From Microbotryum violaceum (taxonomy: Eukaryota), in the NCBI GenBank assembly GCA_001244265.2, contig CDLV01000008.1:868001-932000 (forward strand): 64,000 nucleotides of DNA, given 5' to 3'. How positions within the stretch are numbered: position 1 is the stretch's first letter; the number at the start of each line of letters is the position of its first letter. The position numbers and the translations under genes are program-made. The notes below the pieces were generated by a model. The model was given only the letters and a program-made list of their open reading frames with translations. It was not told where the DNA came from and did not search any database. This document shows positions 1 through 13,825 of the stretch, in pieces.

Positions 1-168
1 GGCCCACTCGGGCGCTAGCATGCGGGTCTGCGACGCCGTTAAACTGCACCGGGTGGAGCAGCTCGTCTAAATCCACCACGTCCATCCTACCCTGCGGCCT
101 TGGCACCTACTCATCCATTTTTTTTGTCCTGGTACCCACCCCCGCACTTCAGAGAGCCCCTCACAAGA

Positions 169-1399
169 ATGAAGTCCACACCTACGCCCGTCATCTTCTG
201 CTCGCATGGATCGACGATGATGCTCGGCGAGGACTCCTCCGCGGGTCGGTACTGGCAAAAGGTCGGCGAGGAGGCGATGGCGCGCAAGATCGAGGGTGTC
301 GTGTTCATGGGAGCGCATTGGGAAGTCAATGGAAATGGGTTCGAGATCGCGAGCAATGCATCGGAGCCCGTCAAGCAGCCGGTCGCATGGGTATCGCCCG
401 ACAAGTATATCGATTACAACGTGAGCTGCGACGATCGTTCTCGGCAATACTGAGCCGACGATGACCCCGAGAGCCTCGCGAGCTGACGTGACGAATTCCC
501 TTCCGAAACTTGGAAATAGATCAACGTCTCGCCCAAGCTGGCAGAACGGGTACATGACTCCTTGACCGCGGCTGGCATCGAGTCCAAGCTCAACCCTAGT
601 GTCGAATGGAGTGAGTCTGTGAAATCGCCCCGAGGACCATACTCTTCTCGGAATTGCCAGCTGACTCTGTGGCTTGGGCTCGCATCACTAGTTCACGACG
701 TGTTCCTTGTCCTGACCTGGATGTTCCCGAAGAAGTCGCCCCCCGTCACCCTCATCTCAACCAACGCTTACTAGTGAGTACCCACGTTTATTTCAGCCTC
801 AAACAGCGGGTGACTGACTATGAGACCGGCGCACAGTGACCCCTATTCGCATGTTGCTGTCGGTGCTGCCCTCCGCCACCTTCGACACGAGAACATCCTC
901 TTGATAGGAACCGGGGTAGGTCATGCTACCAGCACCAGCTTCCAGCACATCGCTGACACCGCAGCGTCTCTGAATTAATAGGGTACCGTGCACAACCTCT
1001 ACCGCAACGCATGGAGCAATATCATCCTGCACCAGGATAACTTTGCCCAGACCAAGCCCCCAGAGCCCTGGGCTATCGCCTTCCGCAACGAGGCTTGTGA
1101 CGCTCTGACCCTTAACTCTGGCCCGGCATTGCGCAAGGCGGCCATGCGGCTCATGCGCAACCCATTGTACCGCGATGCCCACGGAACCGATGATCACTTT
1201 GCGCCCGTGCTCTTCTGCGCCGGCGCGGCGGGCGATGCCGAGGATGAAGGGACAAAGAGCACTGCCACGGCCGAAGTCTGGGAGCTTGAGCAGATGTGCA
1301 ACGTAAGCTTGTTTCTCGCCACTGCTTTCTTCGACGCTTCATCTGACACCCCTGTCCTTTCTCCCGGACCAGACCCAATTCCAGTTCGGCGAGTGGTAG
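169..1399 (+). CDS. Extradiol aromatic ring-opening dioxygenase, DODA/LigB (class III) family; multi-exon
   Basis: Spliced translation has FCSHGS, MGAHW, VHNL and HGTDDHFAP, matching the conserved His motifs of DODA/YgiD-type enzymes. ATG at 169; last exon TQFQFGEW-TAG ends 1399. Confidence 0.85.
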
Positions 1400-1665
1400 A
1401 CGGTCGGTGATTTGGGACTTTTAAAGGCAGTGCAGGGGCAACTTGTCGTTTCATTCTGTATTGCAACTTTTTTTTTTCTTCAACTTGGACTATGCCTCGA
1501 CGTCTCGTTCCTGCGCCCGCCGCGCCACCCTTAGGAAAGTCATTTCCCTGGATATGCGCTAGCGGCCAAACGCTCACTCCGTGCAGACTAGTCCCCGAAA
1601 ATACCATTAAACGACAATGACCCATCTTATTCCACATGATAATTAAACAAAACGGAATGCTTCTT

Positions 1666-3537
1666 TCATGCAAAGTACTTGCGACTGATCCATCGGACAC
1701 CGTGGTACCCAACGAATCCAGTCGCACTTAATAAGACGGAAACGACGAAACCGGCCGTGATGAGTAAACCCTGGGGGAAGAAGGCGCGCAAGAAAGAGTT
1801 TCCAGGTTGGACCCGCTTGACAACCAAGCGCTTTTCGGAGGGTGAGGCTTGGGCAAGAGCCAAGAGCTTAGCCGAGGTGAAGGGGGCGAACGCGATCAAC
1901 TTGGCCAGCTTGGAGCTCGCCAACGTCGTTGGGGTGAAAATTCGGACGGGTCGCGTGAAGCGCGACGGAGCGTAGATTTCCGGGTTGGGAAGATCTTTGA
2001 TTCGGTGACAGACGGAAAGTTGTGAGCTGGTGTCGTGCAAGGAGGCCTGAGTGGTAGCAGCTATGCTGAACTCACACAGTGCTGCCAAAGGAATGTCTCC
2101 CGTGTAGACCGTGGACGCGGCGGACTCGGCAACGAGGAATTTGCAGTCCTGCTCTAGAGCAAACACGTAGAGGTTTGACGTTTTGCTACGAGATGAATCA
2201 AGATAAGCTGCCGAATCAACAAAGGTATTTGAGGGTTTGTGGTTGGAGCTCGCCAGTCACTCACGTCTGCTCCATCGCCGCGAGCACTCCTTCGAAACTC
2301 CTGAAGCTGCGCACGGGGAGAATTGGGCCCGAGCCAGCTTTGGAGAACAGCCCACTGATGAGTGAGCAATTGGACGGTCAGTCATGGGAAAGTCAGACAA
2401 GGTATGGGATTAAAAAAATCGACATACCTGCTCGCATTCTCGATGATGGTCGGGGGGAAGAAGCTGGGCTTGGTGAAGGATCCACCGGCGATGATTTTGC
2501 CGCTTTCGCTCGTCTCGCGCTGAACGGTCTGGTCGAGCTCGGCGCCGAAGGAGGCCTGAGCCAAGCGACCATAGTCGTCGGATCGCGCGGGGTCGGATCC
2601 GAAGCTTTGGCGCACTTCCTCGAGAATGAGCTCCAACAATTGACCAGAAGCCTCCTCATGGACGAAGAGCTGGTCGATGCTGCCAGGGAGCTGACCGAGG
2701 CCGAACCACTTGCCGCGCACGATCAGTTTAGCGATTAAGGCCAATTCCGCTGCCGAGCGATGCTTGTCGACAACGACCGTGTTGGATCCCGAGGAACAAC
2801 TCGCGTCCGCAATCAGGGCTGGTGTGTATCCGCGGACTTCTTGAATGACGTCGCCCTTGGTGTCAGCGGGATCAACGAAAACGAAGCATTGTCGGTCGAG
2901 GGTAGCGAGGCGATCGAGCAATAGCTTGTTCAAAGTCGAGGCTCCAGGGGCAAGAACAGACACCACGGCGTTGCCAGATGCAATAGCCGACGCAAGCGGT
3001 GCGATGACGGAGAGCAGAGCAGCTGTGGAGTTCAAGGAAGTCAAAATCTGAGCGCAATTAGTGCCGAGAAAGTTTCACTCCGGTGCTCGGCGAGACTGTA
3101 ACTAACCCCTTGCATCGCCGACCACAACGACCAAACCAATACCTCGTTGTGTAACACCTTGCGCATAGCCGGTCTTTTGGGCTGCATTGACTTGAGAGTA
3201 CTTAGTCTGGTCGAATTGTGCCTTAACATGTTCTAGCACGATCGTCAACTCGGTCTGTGCTTCGGCCTGGGTGCGACCGAAATCCGCTCGAATGGCGGAG
3301 GCGATGGCTTCGCGTTCGGAAGACGCGGCGCCTGTGAAACATGGAGAGGTACCGAATTATGAGCTCATTGAACCAGAAGAGGGTATATCTGAGCCGCCGA
3401 AGCTTCTGACCATAAAGTCGGGCGAGTTGCTCCTCTCGGAACCGCGGGAAGGCAGCGGTGCCGTCGTCGGCGGCGACCTGAGCTGTTCGCAGCGCCGTCT
3501 TGATGTTCGCAGAGGATGCTCTGAGGTTGGCGACCAT
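1666..3537 (-). CDS. Aldehyde dehydrogenase-fold protein (ALDH3-like) with C-terminal hydrophobic anchor; catalytic residues apparently absent
   Basis: FREEQLARLY, APLASAIASGNAVV and FFPPTII are ALDH-fold segments. GKWFGLGQLPGSID aligns to the GKxxNxGQxC motif with Cys replaced by Pro. C-terminal hydrophobic stretch GLLITAGFVVSVLLSATGFVGY. Confidence 0.75.
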
Positions 3538-3858
3538 GAGGTTTCGGTAGGTAGGTGGATGGGTATGTAGGTACTTGAGGGGTTGCCGGTCAAAGTCAAA
3601 CCATCTCAAAGGTTAGTCTGAGAAACGATGGACGCCGGTCGGCTCGGGTGGGCAGAACCTGGCGCGTGAAGGTGTGTTCCGCTCTAAGTCTGCCATAACT
3701 CGCCGACGCCGACCGCAGCGCCGAGCCCCGGAAAAGTGGGCGCCTGCTACCCGGACACTCCCTAGGCCGAGTGTTCAGAGCGGCTACGGGCTAGACATTC
3801 AACCTCAACGTCCACCCACTCATATCCCATCGCAAATCAAACGTACAAGCATCCGATC

Positions 3859-4478
3859 ATGAGCAACTCGACCTCCAAGACATCAACCACCGAGCACACG
3901 AAGGACTCGGCCGCGACTCCTGAGCCCGTCATCTACCTGCGCGGCCACAGGGACGCGATCGACGCTCACGCGGCACACCAGCAAACCAGCGCGCCCGATG
4001 CCACACCGTTGCGAACAGATCGCAACTATCGAGCCGCTTACGCTGGACCCGCCCCTGGTGAGAAGATGGTGCAGAATGGGTTTGATATGAATTGAAGCGG
4101 CACAGGGTCAGCCTACTGATGTGTATCGAACGAATCACCTCCTATCCTTCGTTCAGATTGGTGGCCTCAAGGGGAAGCGGTACCGAACTACCGACCTGTT
4201 GACCGAACACTTGCGGGACCCGACAGGTCAGTACTTTTTTGGCGGCATAGCATACGACCCGGGGGATTTCAAAGACGAGTAGGAATGCTGATGTGCCTCA
4301 CCCAACGTATCCTCCACTCACGCTCAGGCCCTTCGGAGCGAACACTGGCGAGAACGTGTTCCTCTACGTGATGTTCTCCGGCATTTACACCCTTCACCGG
4401 GTCAATGGGTTGTGGAAGAACACAATCGGACTTTTCACGGACAAGCTTTGGGTGTACCCAGTCGGAGGAGAGTTTTGA
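3859..4478 (+). CDS. Small hypothetical protein (~140 aa, 3 exons)
   Basis: Exons ~3859-4068, ~4157-4227 and ~4329-4478 join in frame through GT-AG introns (GEKM|IGGLKGKRYRTTDLLTEHLRDPT|GPFGANTGENVFLYVMFSG...GGEF*). Confidence 0.6.
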
Positions 4479-5159
4479 TCACCACGATACGTCGGCGCTC
4501 GGCGCTTTGTGCATCCACTGAGGGGAGGGTTTCAACAGTGACCGTCAAGCAGCATCATGACATCGCCGTTCAACTCATCCCCGGGCTCTCATCTTATATT
4601 CCTGTAATATATTGCCGTTCATCTATACTCGTTCAGGAGAAGTACTGCCGCGACTGCGCGCGAAAATTTCACACACGTATAACTACCTACTGCCTCGGCC
4701 ATCACTCGACTCTATGTGACTCAGGTATGATTGGCGGCATGTTCCGGTGATGTATATACATGCAAACTTCCGGTGAATGGCATTGAATTCTCAGAGTAAC
4801 TGCTCATTTGATGGCAGCACGGAACGCGAATCTCGGCGAAGTTGCTTGTAGAATCAGATTACCTACGGCTGATCCTACCTTTCGAGGTACCTCTTCGGCG
4901 ACATGGGCAGACTCACGCAGTTTTTCGATATGGTGACCCAGGCCTCAAACACGCTCCGGGAGTTCGACCTTGAGCAGACCGCCCTCAACCGAGAAAACGT
5001 GACTGATTTCCGTTTCTGTACGACTTTGGATCGCACGTCCTCGCGCGTCCATCCGCAGTTGCGGCCCCCCCGCCGGGCTCCGCCCAGTCCCGCCCACTTT
5101 GCGTAGCCCGATGCCACGGCTCGCACGTCAAACGGACCGTAGAAATCGCAAGCGTCCAA

Positions 5160-8100
5160 ATGGCCGATCAATCTGTCCAGGGGCAATCCCAGTCCGCGGA
5201 ATTGACCAGTGCCCAACCCGCTCGGACCCATGTTGTAAGTGTTCGCAGCCTGCTGCGGGTCACGTGCAGAGCCCCTCCCCCTGCCCGCCCTCCCTGCTCA
5301 CCCGTCCGAATCTGAACGTTGGCTGTAGTGTCAAGCGCCGGGCTGCACTCATTCGTATGCCCGCATAGAACACCTCGGTGAGCCCCTATGCCGGAACCCG
5401 TTCTTCAGGTTCGAGTGGGAATGCGCACGCGTGCTGACGCGGTCTCGGCCTCGCGCAGAGCGTCACGCCCGGATACACGAACCCGGACACAAATATTCGT
5501 GTACTACCGTGGGTCTCGTATCTGCTTTCCCTGTGAGCAAGATCACCGACTGACCCCGCGGATATATCCATAACAGTGCGGCCGCGGCTTTGCTCGAATG
5601 TGAGCGCGCTTTCTCTCTGGCTATGGCTGTGGCTGTTTGCTCCGGCTGGACCCGCAACATGACTTTTTGGGGGCAGTAGCTCATGTCTCTGCCGGTCCGT
5701 ACCTTCGTTATGCAGAGACGTACTCAAGCGACACGAAAAGGTGTGTGCTTCAATTCAGCTTTTTCCATTCGAGGTCTTCTGGATGCCGAACAAACATATG
5801 ATACATTTCTTCATTCAGCTGCATCAACGAGACGCGGAGTCGGGACTTTTACAGACAAACTCGACCGTTCGGAAACAGGCTGCTCTAGAGCGCACTGCAA
5901 GGGGTGAGCCGTGTGAAAAACTTTCACTTCTAACGCCCTTAAGCGGAATGAGATACTACTGACGCCGATGATCCCTCTTCTTTCTTCTAGCCTGTCTGGC
6001 CTGCGCTGCTTCAAAGGTGCGATCTATTTTCTGCTCTTGTCGGGTGGAACCCGACCGAGGGTGGCTAAGCGGTTCAGGTTCCCATCTTGACAGGTCAAGT
6101 GCTCCGGAGTACCCAACTGCGAACGGTGTACCAATTCTGGTCGTGACTGCGTCGCAGCGGTTGAACAAAGTACCGATCGTCAGCCCTCGCGCAAACGAGC
6201 TCGACCCGGGTCCCTGTCAGCCAGCGACATCGTCGAGCCGAGCGACTACCTCGTCGACCCCTCGATCGCTAACACCGAGACCGAAGCGAGGTGCGTGAAC
6301 TATGCGAAACACTCTCCGCCTGCTCCGGCAGAGGTCCACTAACTCCTCGTCCCGACTCTCAGCCTGTCCCTCATCGAGATGGCGCTCCAACCGAGTGACG
6401 GCTTCTCGCTCGACACGGCTCCTACGCGCAACTTCGAAGACGTATCGGGCCACTTTCCATCCGTCCAGACCGATCACAACTCGGACTTCACCCATACTCT
6501 CAACTCGCTATTTCAGCCCATGCTGTCGTTAGGTCCCCTTAGCGCTGATGATTTGGCAGACCCCTTCGACACGATCTTCGGCGTCTCGACCGGACCACTG
6601 CAGCTCAACCAAGATAATACCAACTTTTCGTTCGAATGGCTTGGTAATCAGCAACAAACGCCGCTGTGGAACTCGTTCACGTCACCGCAAGGGGGAAATC
6701 CGCCTTTCGACAGCGGTGCAGATGGTGATGTACCGTCCTCGCAGGGCAAACGGGTTGGGGGACGCGTTACCTTGGCACCAGGCGGGCTGGCAACTCGACA
6801 TGCCTCTCCGGCCGCAGACAACGAGCGCCCTCCCGATCGTCCGTGGCCCATGGTCTGGAATCCGACGGAACATGACAGTCACATCGAGGTCGACGGTACG
6901 ATGCCGGGTGCGTTCGAGAGGGACGAGCTGGCAGACCATGACCCACCGTCGTTTCTTCCGATGGACAACGATGTTCGAATGTGCATCCTGGAGGCGCTAC
7001 AGTTTGCCAAATTGCAAGGCCATGGATACCACGCCGTGTTCAGGACCCTTGCAAATATGTCATTGAAGGTGTACAACCACTTCATCTCCCTCTACTTCAC
7101 CCACGTGCACCGGCGATTGCCGATGCTTCACCTCCCGTCATTCAATCCGCGCAAGACGTTTGGACTCTTGCTCCTTTCCATGACCGCAATAGGAGCGCTG
7201 TATGCGCAGATGCCCCGTGCGCACGCCCTGGGGCGCATCTTGATCAGCGTCGCCAAACTAGCGATTGGCGAGCTGACCGTCGACGACAATCGACATGCGC
7301 GTAGTTTGCCGACCTTGCAGGCGAATCTGCTATGCTCGGTCGCAAAATGGCTCGGCTCGGCTCGGTCTCTCGAGTTGACCGAAGTGTATCGAGGCACCCA
7401 CACGACGGCCCTGCGCCGTTTGGGCATTTTTGAAGACATCGTGCCGGAGATCGCCCCGGATGCGTCCATCCAGTCGCAGTGGGCGCACTTCATCAAGTAC
7501 GAGGAACGAAAGAGGACGGCCGCGGTGTGCTTCCTACTCGAATCAGAGATGACGACGTTGCTACACTTGCCGCCGCACGTGCCCTTCGCTGAGCTCCAAG
7601 TGGCTCTACCGTGCGACGAAGAGCTGTGGAACGCACCCACGGCCGAGAGGTGGAACGAACTGCGACAATCAAGGTCGAACTCGATGCAAACGCAGGCGAT
7701 CGCCAAGCTCATCACCGCCGACACCAACTACTCTCTACCACCCAGCATCGCGATCTCTCCACTAGGCCACGAGGTGCTCGTCAACGGTCTGCACATCATG
7801 ATGTACTCTGCTCGGCAGTTGCAGCAGGTCGGGCTCGAGCATCTGAGCGAACAGGCCGGTGCACACATTCGCAAGGCGCTCAGCCGCCTCAGCAAAGGCT
7901 ATGACGAATTTTCGCCCGTCTTTGGCGACAACAACAATAGCGATGACGACTTCACGCCCGCCTATGTGTCCTATCACATGGCCCACTTGGCGTCGTACCT
8001 TGCCCTCGCCGATTTGGATGCCGTCGCCGGTAGGGGCTCGTCCGCGAAGAGCCGTACAACCACTCAAAACGTAAGTTTCGGTTGTTACCGGCCCCATTTA

Positions 8101-8647
8101 ACGACAAGGGTATTACCTGATCCTTCCTATGTGGATCTCACAGCTCATTGCATGGATGAAGTCAAACCCTGATAAAGCTCGTGCCGTGGCAGTTCACTCC
8201 GGACAAGTGGTTCGACGCATCCGCGATAAGCCCCTGTTCGGCAAGTCATTCACCCTTCTCGCTGTCTGAGACCTCTTCGAGGTCGAGTGCTCACATTTGT
8301 GTCTTCCATCACTGGGTCTTGCAGCGACTTACGAGCCCTCTTCAGTATTTTACGCCGCACTATGCCTTCATCTGTACGCGCTCTCGGTCGATCCGCTGCT
8401 CAGCATCTCGCCCGGACCCATCAGCACCTTCCCGCTCGACCAGGCCCAGCAGGGCGAGCAGGTGATCACATGGGTGGCAATCGGCGGGTCTTTTGCATCA
8501 TTACAAGGGGTCGATTGTCTCGCCGGATCAGCGGCCGCCACACAGGTGTTGATCATGCTCGCAGGTCTGAGCAATTGGTCCGGACGGGCGTGGCGGATAG
8601 GACATGTGCTCAAAGATGTGCTGCAGGCTGTCGCTTCCTCTCTCTGA
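5160..8647 (+). CDS. Transcription factor with two C2H2 fingers, a Zn(II)2Cys6 cluster and a fungal-specific TF domain
   Basis: Short spliced exons give CQAPGCTHSYARIEHLERHARIH and CTTCGRGFARIDVLKRHEKLH, then ACLACAASKVKCSGVPNCERCTNSGRDC (~5990-6150). The large exon has YFTHVHRRLPMLH, EERKRT and LPCDEELWNA. Confidence 0.85.
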
Positions 8648-8743
8648 GATGGCGCTTGTTGTAACACCATATTCTACACAGCTGATATTAAGAATAAAAC
8701 AACCAACGAAACTATGCAAGCAGAGCACGCCGCCTGGAGACAT

Positions 8744-10934
8744 CTAAACCACCTGAGAGCTTTGCTGAGATTTGCTGTCAGAGTATACCGCCGCAGACGC
8801 TCGTTCGGCGGGCGCATCGACCTTGGAAGTCATTTGATCTTTGCTCGATGCAAAAGTCAAGACCGTAATGATGCCCAACGCGGAGAAAGCGACGGCGATG
8901 TACCAAACGAAGGACAGTCCGTACGCCAGCGCGCTCTGCACGCCCTCGATCGCGCCGAGAACGATGCCCGGTTGGATGCCAGGGATCATGAAAGCCTTAG
9001 CGATGATGGCCGGATTTTGCGAAGCGATCAGAGGGATCAATTTGGGCAACACCGTCGACGCTTGCGCCGGCGAGAGCCCACCCTTGAAGGCGCCCGCGGT
9101 GATGCGTGCCGGAATTGCCACCGAAAGCTTGTCGCCCAAAACGGCCGAGTAGACGGCCACGCCGACGGCACCTCCAACCGCACGAGCCGCGACCATCAGA
9201 GCCGAAGCGGATCCGATGAATTTGCCGGGAACAGCGAGTTGGGCCACGGCGAAAAGAAGTGCGATAGGAGCCGCGAAGCCAATACCGGCGAGGGAGCTCA
9301 TCGCCCCTGTAAACGTAACATCGAAGCAAAGCAGGATCAGAATTTTCCGAACTGCGGCGGGCGGCCCGGTGTATCAAAGAGCAACAGGACTTACATCCAA
9401 TTGCGCTATCGTTGCGATCGCTCAACGCGAGACCGATGCAAGCTCCGAGGTATAGCAAGTAGCCGATAACGAGAGGGAGGCGGAACTCCTTGAAGCGGTC
9501 GACGTACCATCCGTTGACGAAGAAGAGCGGAACTGAGGTCAGATAAAAGGGGGCTAGGTAGATGTTTGCTTTGAAAGCATCCTGAGGCGCCCACAACCCC
9601 GCAGCAGCGACGGGAAGGAACGCAAGGATGGAGAAGAAGATGGTGCCTTCGACGAAAGCTGCCACAAGGGCCAAGGGGAAGTTGCGATGGGAGAACATGG
9701 CATGGTGGAAAAGCCCGACCTCCGTCCCCTTCCACTCGTACACGCCAAAGACGACCATCAGTGCGATGCCAGACACGAGAGGTCCGAGTGTTTTCCGAGC
9801 CTTCCATACATTCGTGCCGCCTTGGGTGCAACCGACCAGGAACAAGCACAAAGATGCAATCACGAGGACGTAGCCGATCCAGTCTAGTCGGGCAAGCTTC
9901 TGCCCGAACGGCAGGCTTCGCTCTTCTGTCGGGCGCGGCGGAGGGCGGTAAACGATCAACAACAACAGGAACATCATTGAAAACAGTCCAATCGCAATGT
10001 ACTGCATGTATGGAGAGAGGGAGAAGGTCAGTACCGGTGCCAACGGGCCCTGCGTGCCAGCTGGTATCCAGGCCGGATGGGTGCTCAGCATGCGCCTTAC
10101 GAAGCAGGTGCGCCATCCGTTCAGAGGGTTATTGGCCACCAGTCGGGCAGAAGTAATGACACCCAGTCCTCCTCCAAGAGATGCGGCAAAGTTGGTGGCA
10201 CCTTGGACCTTTCCTCGGTGCTGGCGCGGGAACACTTCGGCGGGGATGGCATATCCAGCCCCGACGGCGGACATGCCGATCGAAACAATGCCTTGACCCA
10301 CAAGTCCCATACCGAAGGAAGTAGCACGCGAAGCAACCACAGAGCCGCTGATATATCGAACAATTCGATTGTGTCAGAGTATATATGCATTGAGGTCGAC
10401 TTTCAATGAGTGACGCGCGACTTACACAACAGCAATGAACGAGACGACAACCAAGATCCATCGACGATCGAACAGATCACTTGCGTACATCAACGGGGGT
10501 CCCACGCATGCTTGGAACGTGCTGACAATATTGATGAGCTATGTGAACGGATTGAAAGGCGTTAGACTGAGTCTGACTGTGATGTAGGTGTCGATAGGTG
10601 CGAGCGAGTCTTACCCAGATTGACTGCGCCGAGTTACCGAGCGCGGCACCCATCGGCGAGCGGAAGATGGACGTCGTAGCGAGATGCCACGAGATAGTGA
10701 AGTAGAACATGCAGCCGATTGCGGCGTAAGCCCATGACCTCCAAGTGATCTGAACACGTGCCAGAAGAGAACGGAGGAATCAGTGGACTGAGAGCCAAAT
10801 TCGTTTCGCATGCGACTCGGCGACTTCCTTCCACTCACCAATGTGTCTAGAGTTTCACACTCTGCTGGGTGAGTGAAGCCCTCGATCCGGTCAATGTGCT
10901 GATCCTCATGTTTTTCCAAGGTGGGTGCAGACAT
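8744..10934 (-). CDS. MFS transporter (14-TM, TRI12/ARN-like)
   Basis: Many hydrophobic helices; AEVFPRQHRG, NGWRTCF, LARLDWIG and RAVGGAVG motifs across spliced exons. Confidence 0.85.
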
Positions 10935-11538
10935 TCTTGCGTCCGTTCCACAAGATGATTTAGAGCAAGGCGAAGGTGTAGAGAAGAGGCAAAAGATATA
11001 CTTACGTTGTATCTGGTGTTGAAGACAATGGTGCCCCAGGAAACCCCGCACCCGTCCTGGCGAGGACGCGGGGGCGGCGCCGACGCGCCCGAGGGGTGGG
11101 CGGAGCGCCGGGGCCCCCATCATGTGATACCGTGGGAATGTCAGCCCAGGCGAGGCACGCGCCGAGTGGGCGATACGATAGAGCTGCTTTTTCCGATCAT
11201 CCGAACGTGGCTCCACTGAGTTTAATCAGATCGTCAAGTCTTGGTGCAGATACCTACTACGTTCCTGAGTAATCTAGACGGGAGATAGATATATCCGGCA
11301 TCTCCCACGAGTCCAGCAGAGCTCATGCTCGTTGACCCCTTGACTCCGTGGCCGAAGCAAGCTCGCTCGCTACAAGGACCGAAGGTTCTCCCATCCGGGT
11401 TGACTATGCCTATACCGAGTAGACTCTTATTTCTGATACAGTACAAGGTTGCGATAGTGCGCCAAATCACGACTGCATTGCCTAAAATATGCAGCCGAGG
11501 ATCTTAACTTGAATTGCTGTGAGACGAGCAGAACAAAA

Positions 11539-13674
11539 TCAAACCACGGGGATCTGCAACCAGTTTTTGTGCTCGGGGCCGAAGTAAAACACGATCTTCC
11601 CAGCGAATGACTCTTCACTACGATCGGTCGGTTCGTCGTGGGTGAAGATACCGCAGCCTTGGGTATCGCCCGTCGCGACCTAAGTAAATTTAAGAGATAA
11701 TCCCTTTGTCAGCTCATTGCGTGTCTGGGCATCGGGTACTTGTAGTCGCTGGCTCACCTCGAACACGAGGGAGCTTCCGGGGCTGAGGACGACCGCTGTG
11801 GGCCATATTTCCACAAGGAGGTTGTAAGGCTTGTCGGCTTCGAGCAGAGACACGTCCTTGCTCGAGTAGTTGCGGTGGGGCAGCCAGTCTCGGTGGCGAG
11901 GACTCTTCTCGTCGATCGCTCGCAGGGAAGCGCGCAGCCAGCCCTTGCACAGAGGGACAGGATCACCGGCAGTACCTGATGGCATAGAAATCCACTCGTC
12001 TCAGCACTAAATACCCCTAAAACCAAATAAGGTGGAACGCTGGACTGACCAGTGTAGAAGATCTGCTTTCCGTTGGCATCAAAGTGGCGGAGCGTGCAGA
12101 AAAGATCGAGGTCGTTCGGCGCAGTGCCGTCCTCGCGACACGCAACACCGACGACAAAGTTCGCGAGCAAATGACCGGCAAGTTCTGTCTCCTTGTCAAA
12201 TACCATCTTAAAGTTCAAGGGGTCCGATCGACCCAAGGCATCAATCGTTAACTTGGAGTCTTGTTGGACAGGCTCGAGCTTCATCGAATGCCCGTTCGGG
12301 TCCGAGCTGGGGTGCAGGTTCAGTCGCTGGTACTTGGTGCGCTCGATTGGCCACGACGTCTCTTCTCGTGACTCAAAAGTGGCATCGGCCTCGAGGGTTC
12401 CGAATCCAGGGTTACCCTTGCGGATCAAAAGGTTCACAGCGGGAACGCCGTTGTTCGGCCCCTTCTGCCATCCTCGGTCGTCCTCGTTCTTGAGCCAGGC
12501 ATCCAAGACTGAAGATAGGGAGAAGTGTTCAATGGCATCCGCAATGAGCCGCCGAGAGAGCACTTCGTTGCCTGGAAGCCCGGGATGATGCTGCTACTCA
12601 CAAGATTTTTGGAGTTGTACATAGTTCGGCAAGAAGAAGGGCAAGTCATGGCGACCGGCGATGAACCAGAGCCACTTGTTTTTCGTTCCGGCCTCGAGGT
12701 AACCGACGACGTTGCCGCGCAAGTGAAGGGTGTTGCCACCGAGGTTGGCAACGGAAAGGGTTGGGACATCGATGTCTCCGAGGTCATAGGTACGGCTGCG
12801 GTAGTACTCTTCGTCCAAGTAACGGTTCTTGCGGTTGTCGATCGTCTGGTCGTGGCGATTAGCTTCTCGCTCCTCATCGCTGAGCTCGCCCTCGATGCAC
12901 TCGGGTCCGAGAGGAGGTCCAGGGGGGCCGAAGGGTCCCCATCCGCGGGGGCGCTTTTCCGGGTTACCGTATTGCATCGTAACGACTTGATTGAACCACC
13001 ACGTCTTGATGAAGCCGTTGGAAAGGATACCACCTTGCCGGCATCGGTCACGGTAATAGTCCGTCATTCCCTCCCAAGGAACGATGCAGACCAGACCCTT
13101 GGGTCGTCGGGCGGCGACTCGCCATTGCGTTCCTCCGAAGTAAGAGATCCCGAGAAGTCCGACCTTGCCAGTGGACCACTCTTGGTCGGCGGCCCATTCG
13201 ATACAGTCGAAGAAATCGATCGACGTTTGAGCCGACATGGTGTCGAGGAAACCTGGGGAAGAGCCGATCCCGCGCTCGTCCACGCGGACGACAACGTAGC
13301 CTTGTCGGACCCAGTACTGCAGAAAAGGAAAACCGAACATATTGGGCTTATGAAAAAGCGACTGCCATCCAGGCGCTAGACGCGAAAACTCACATCGGGG
13401 TGGGGGTTTCCCAAGCTGAAAGCTCGCCCTTTTGCTCGTCAGGGATCTCAGCATAGGAGCGCGTGTGAAACTTGGAGTAAGGTGCATCCTTGCCGTAGGG
13501 TCCCATCGTCATTAAGACGGGGTAGCGGCCTTGCTCATGCGGGCGATACACGTTGGCGCGGCACAGACCGCCGTCCTTCAGAGGAATGTCGACATTCTTG
13601 TCGAAGAGGACGGTCGACGTCTTGGTCGAACTGAGAATGGCGTTGGCGCCGACTTTGGGGAAGGGGATTGGCAT
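11539..13674 (-). CDS. CocE/NonD family alpha/beta hydrolase (peptidase S15-like)
   Basis: ANVYRP, GPYGKD, DERGIGSSPG, nucleophile motif GISYFG, PWEG and GRHDLPF, plus a C-terminal PepX_C-like domain (GWLRASLR, VEIWPT). Confidence 0.9.
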
Positions 13675-13825
13675 GGCGCTACTCGACAAGTCGGGTGCTG
13701 AAGTGAGGAAAGGAGTGCTTGCAAGAGTCAATGGCAACCCTATGGAAAGAAAATGGGATCACTAGCGGCTACTCCAAGCCCGACAGGGTCCGACACTTCC
13801 GTCGGCGCTTTTTACGACTGGAGTT

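Noticed and set aside
169..1399. Betalain pigment biosynthesis from the DODA-like gene
   Set aside because: No tyrosinase or P450 in the window, and the neighbours (FAH, hydrolase) point to catabolism.
4780..5106. Short ORF upstream of the transcription factor
   Set aside because: No family motif or convincing gene structure; lies in promoter DNA.
12525..13379. Long antisense ORFs here and over other genes
   Set aside because: Shadow frames of GC-rich coding sequence on the opposite strand.
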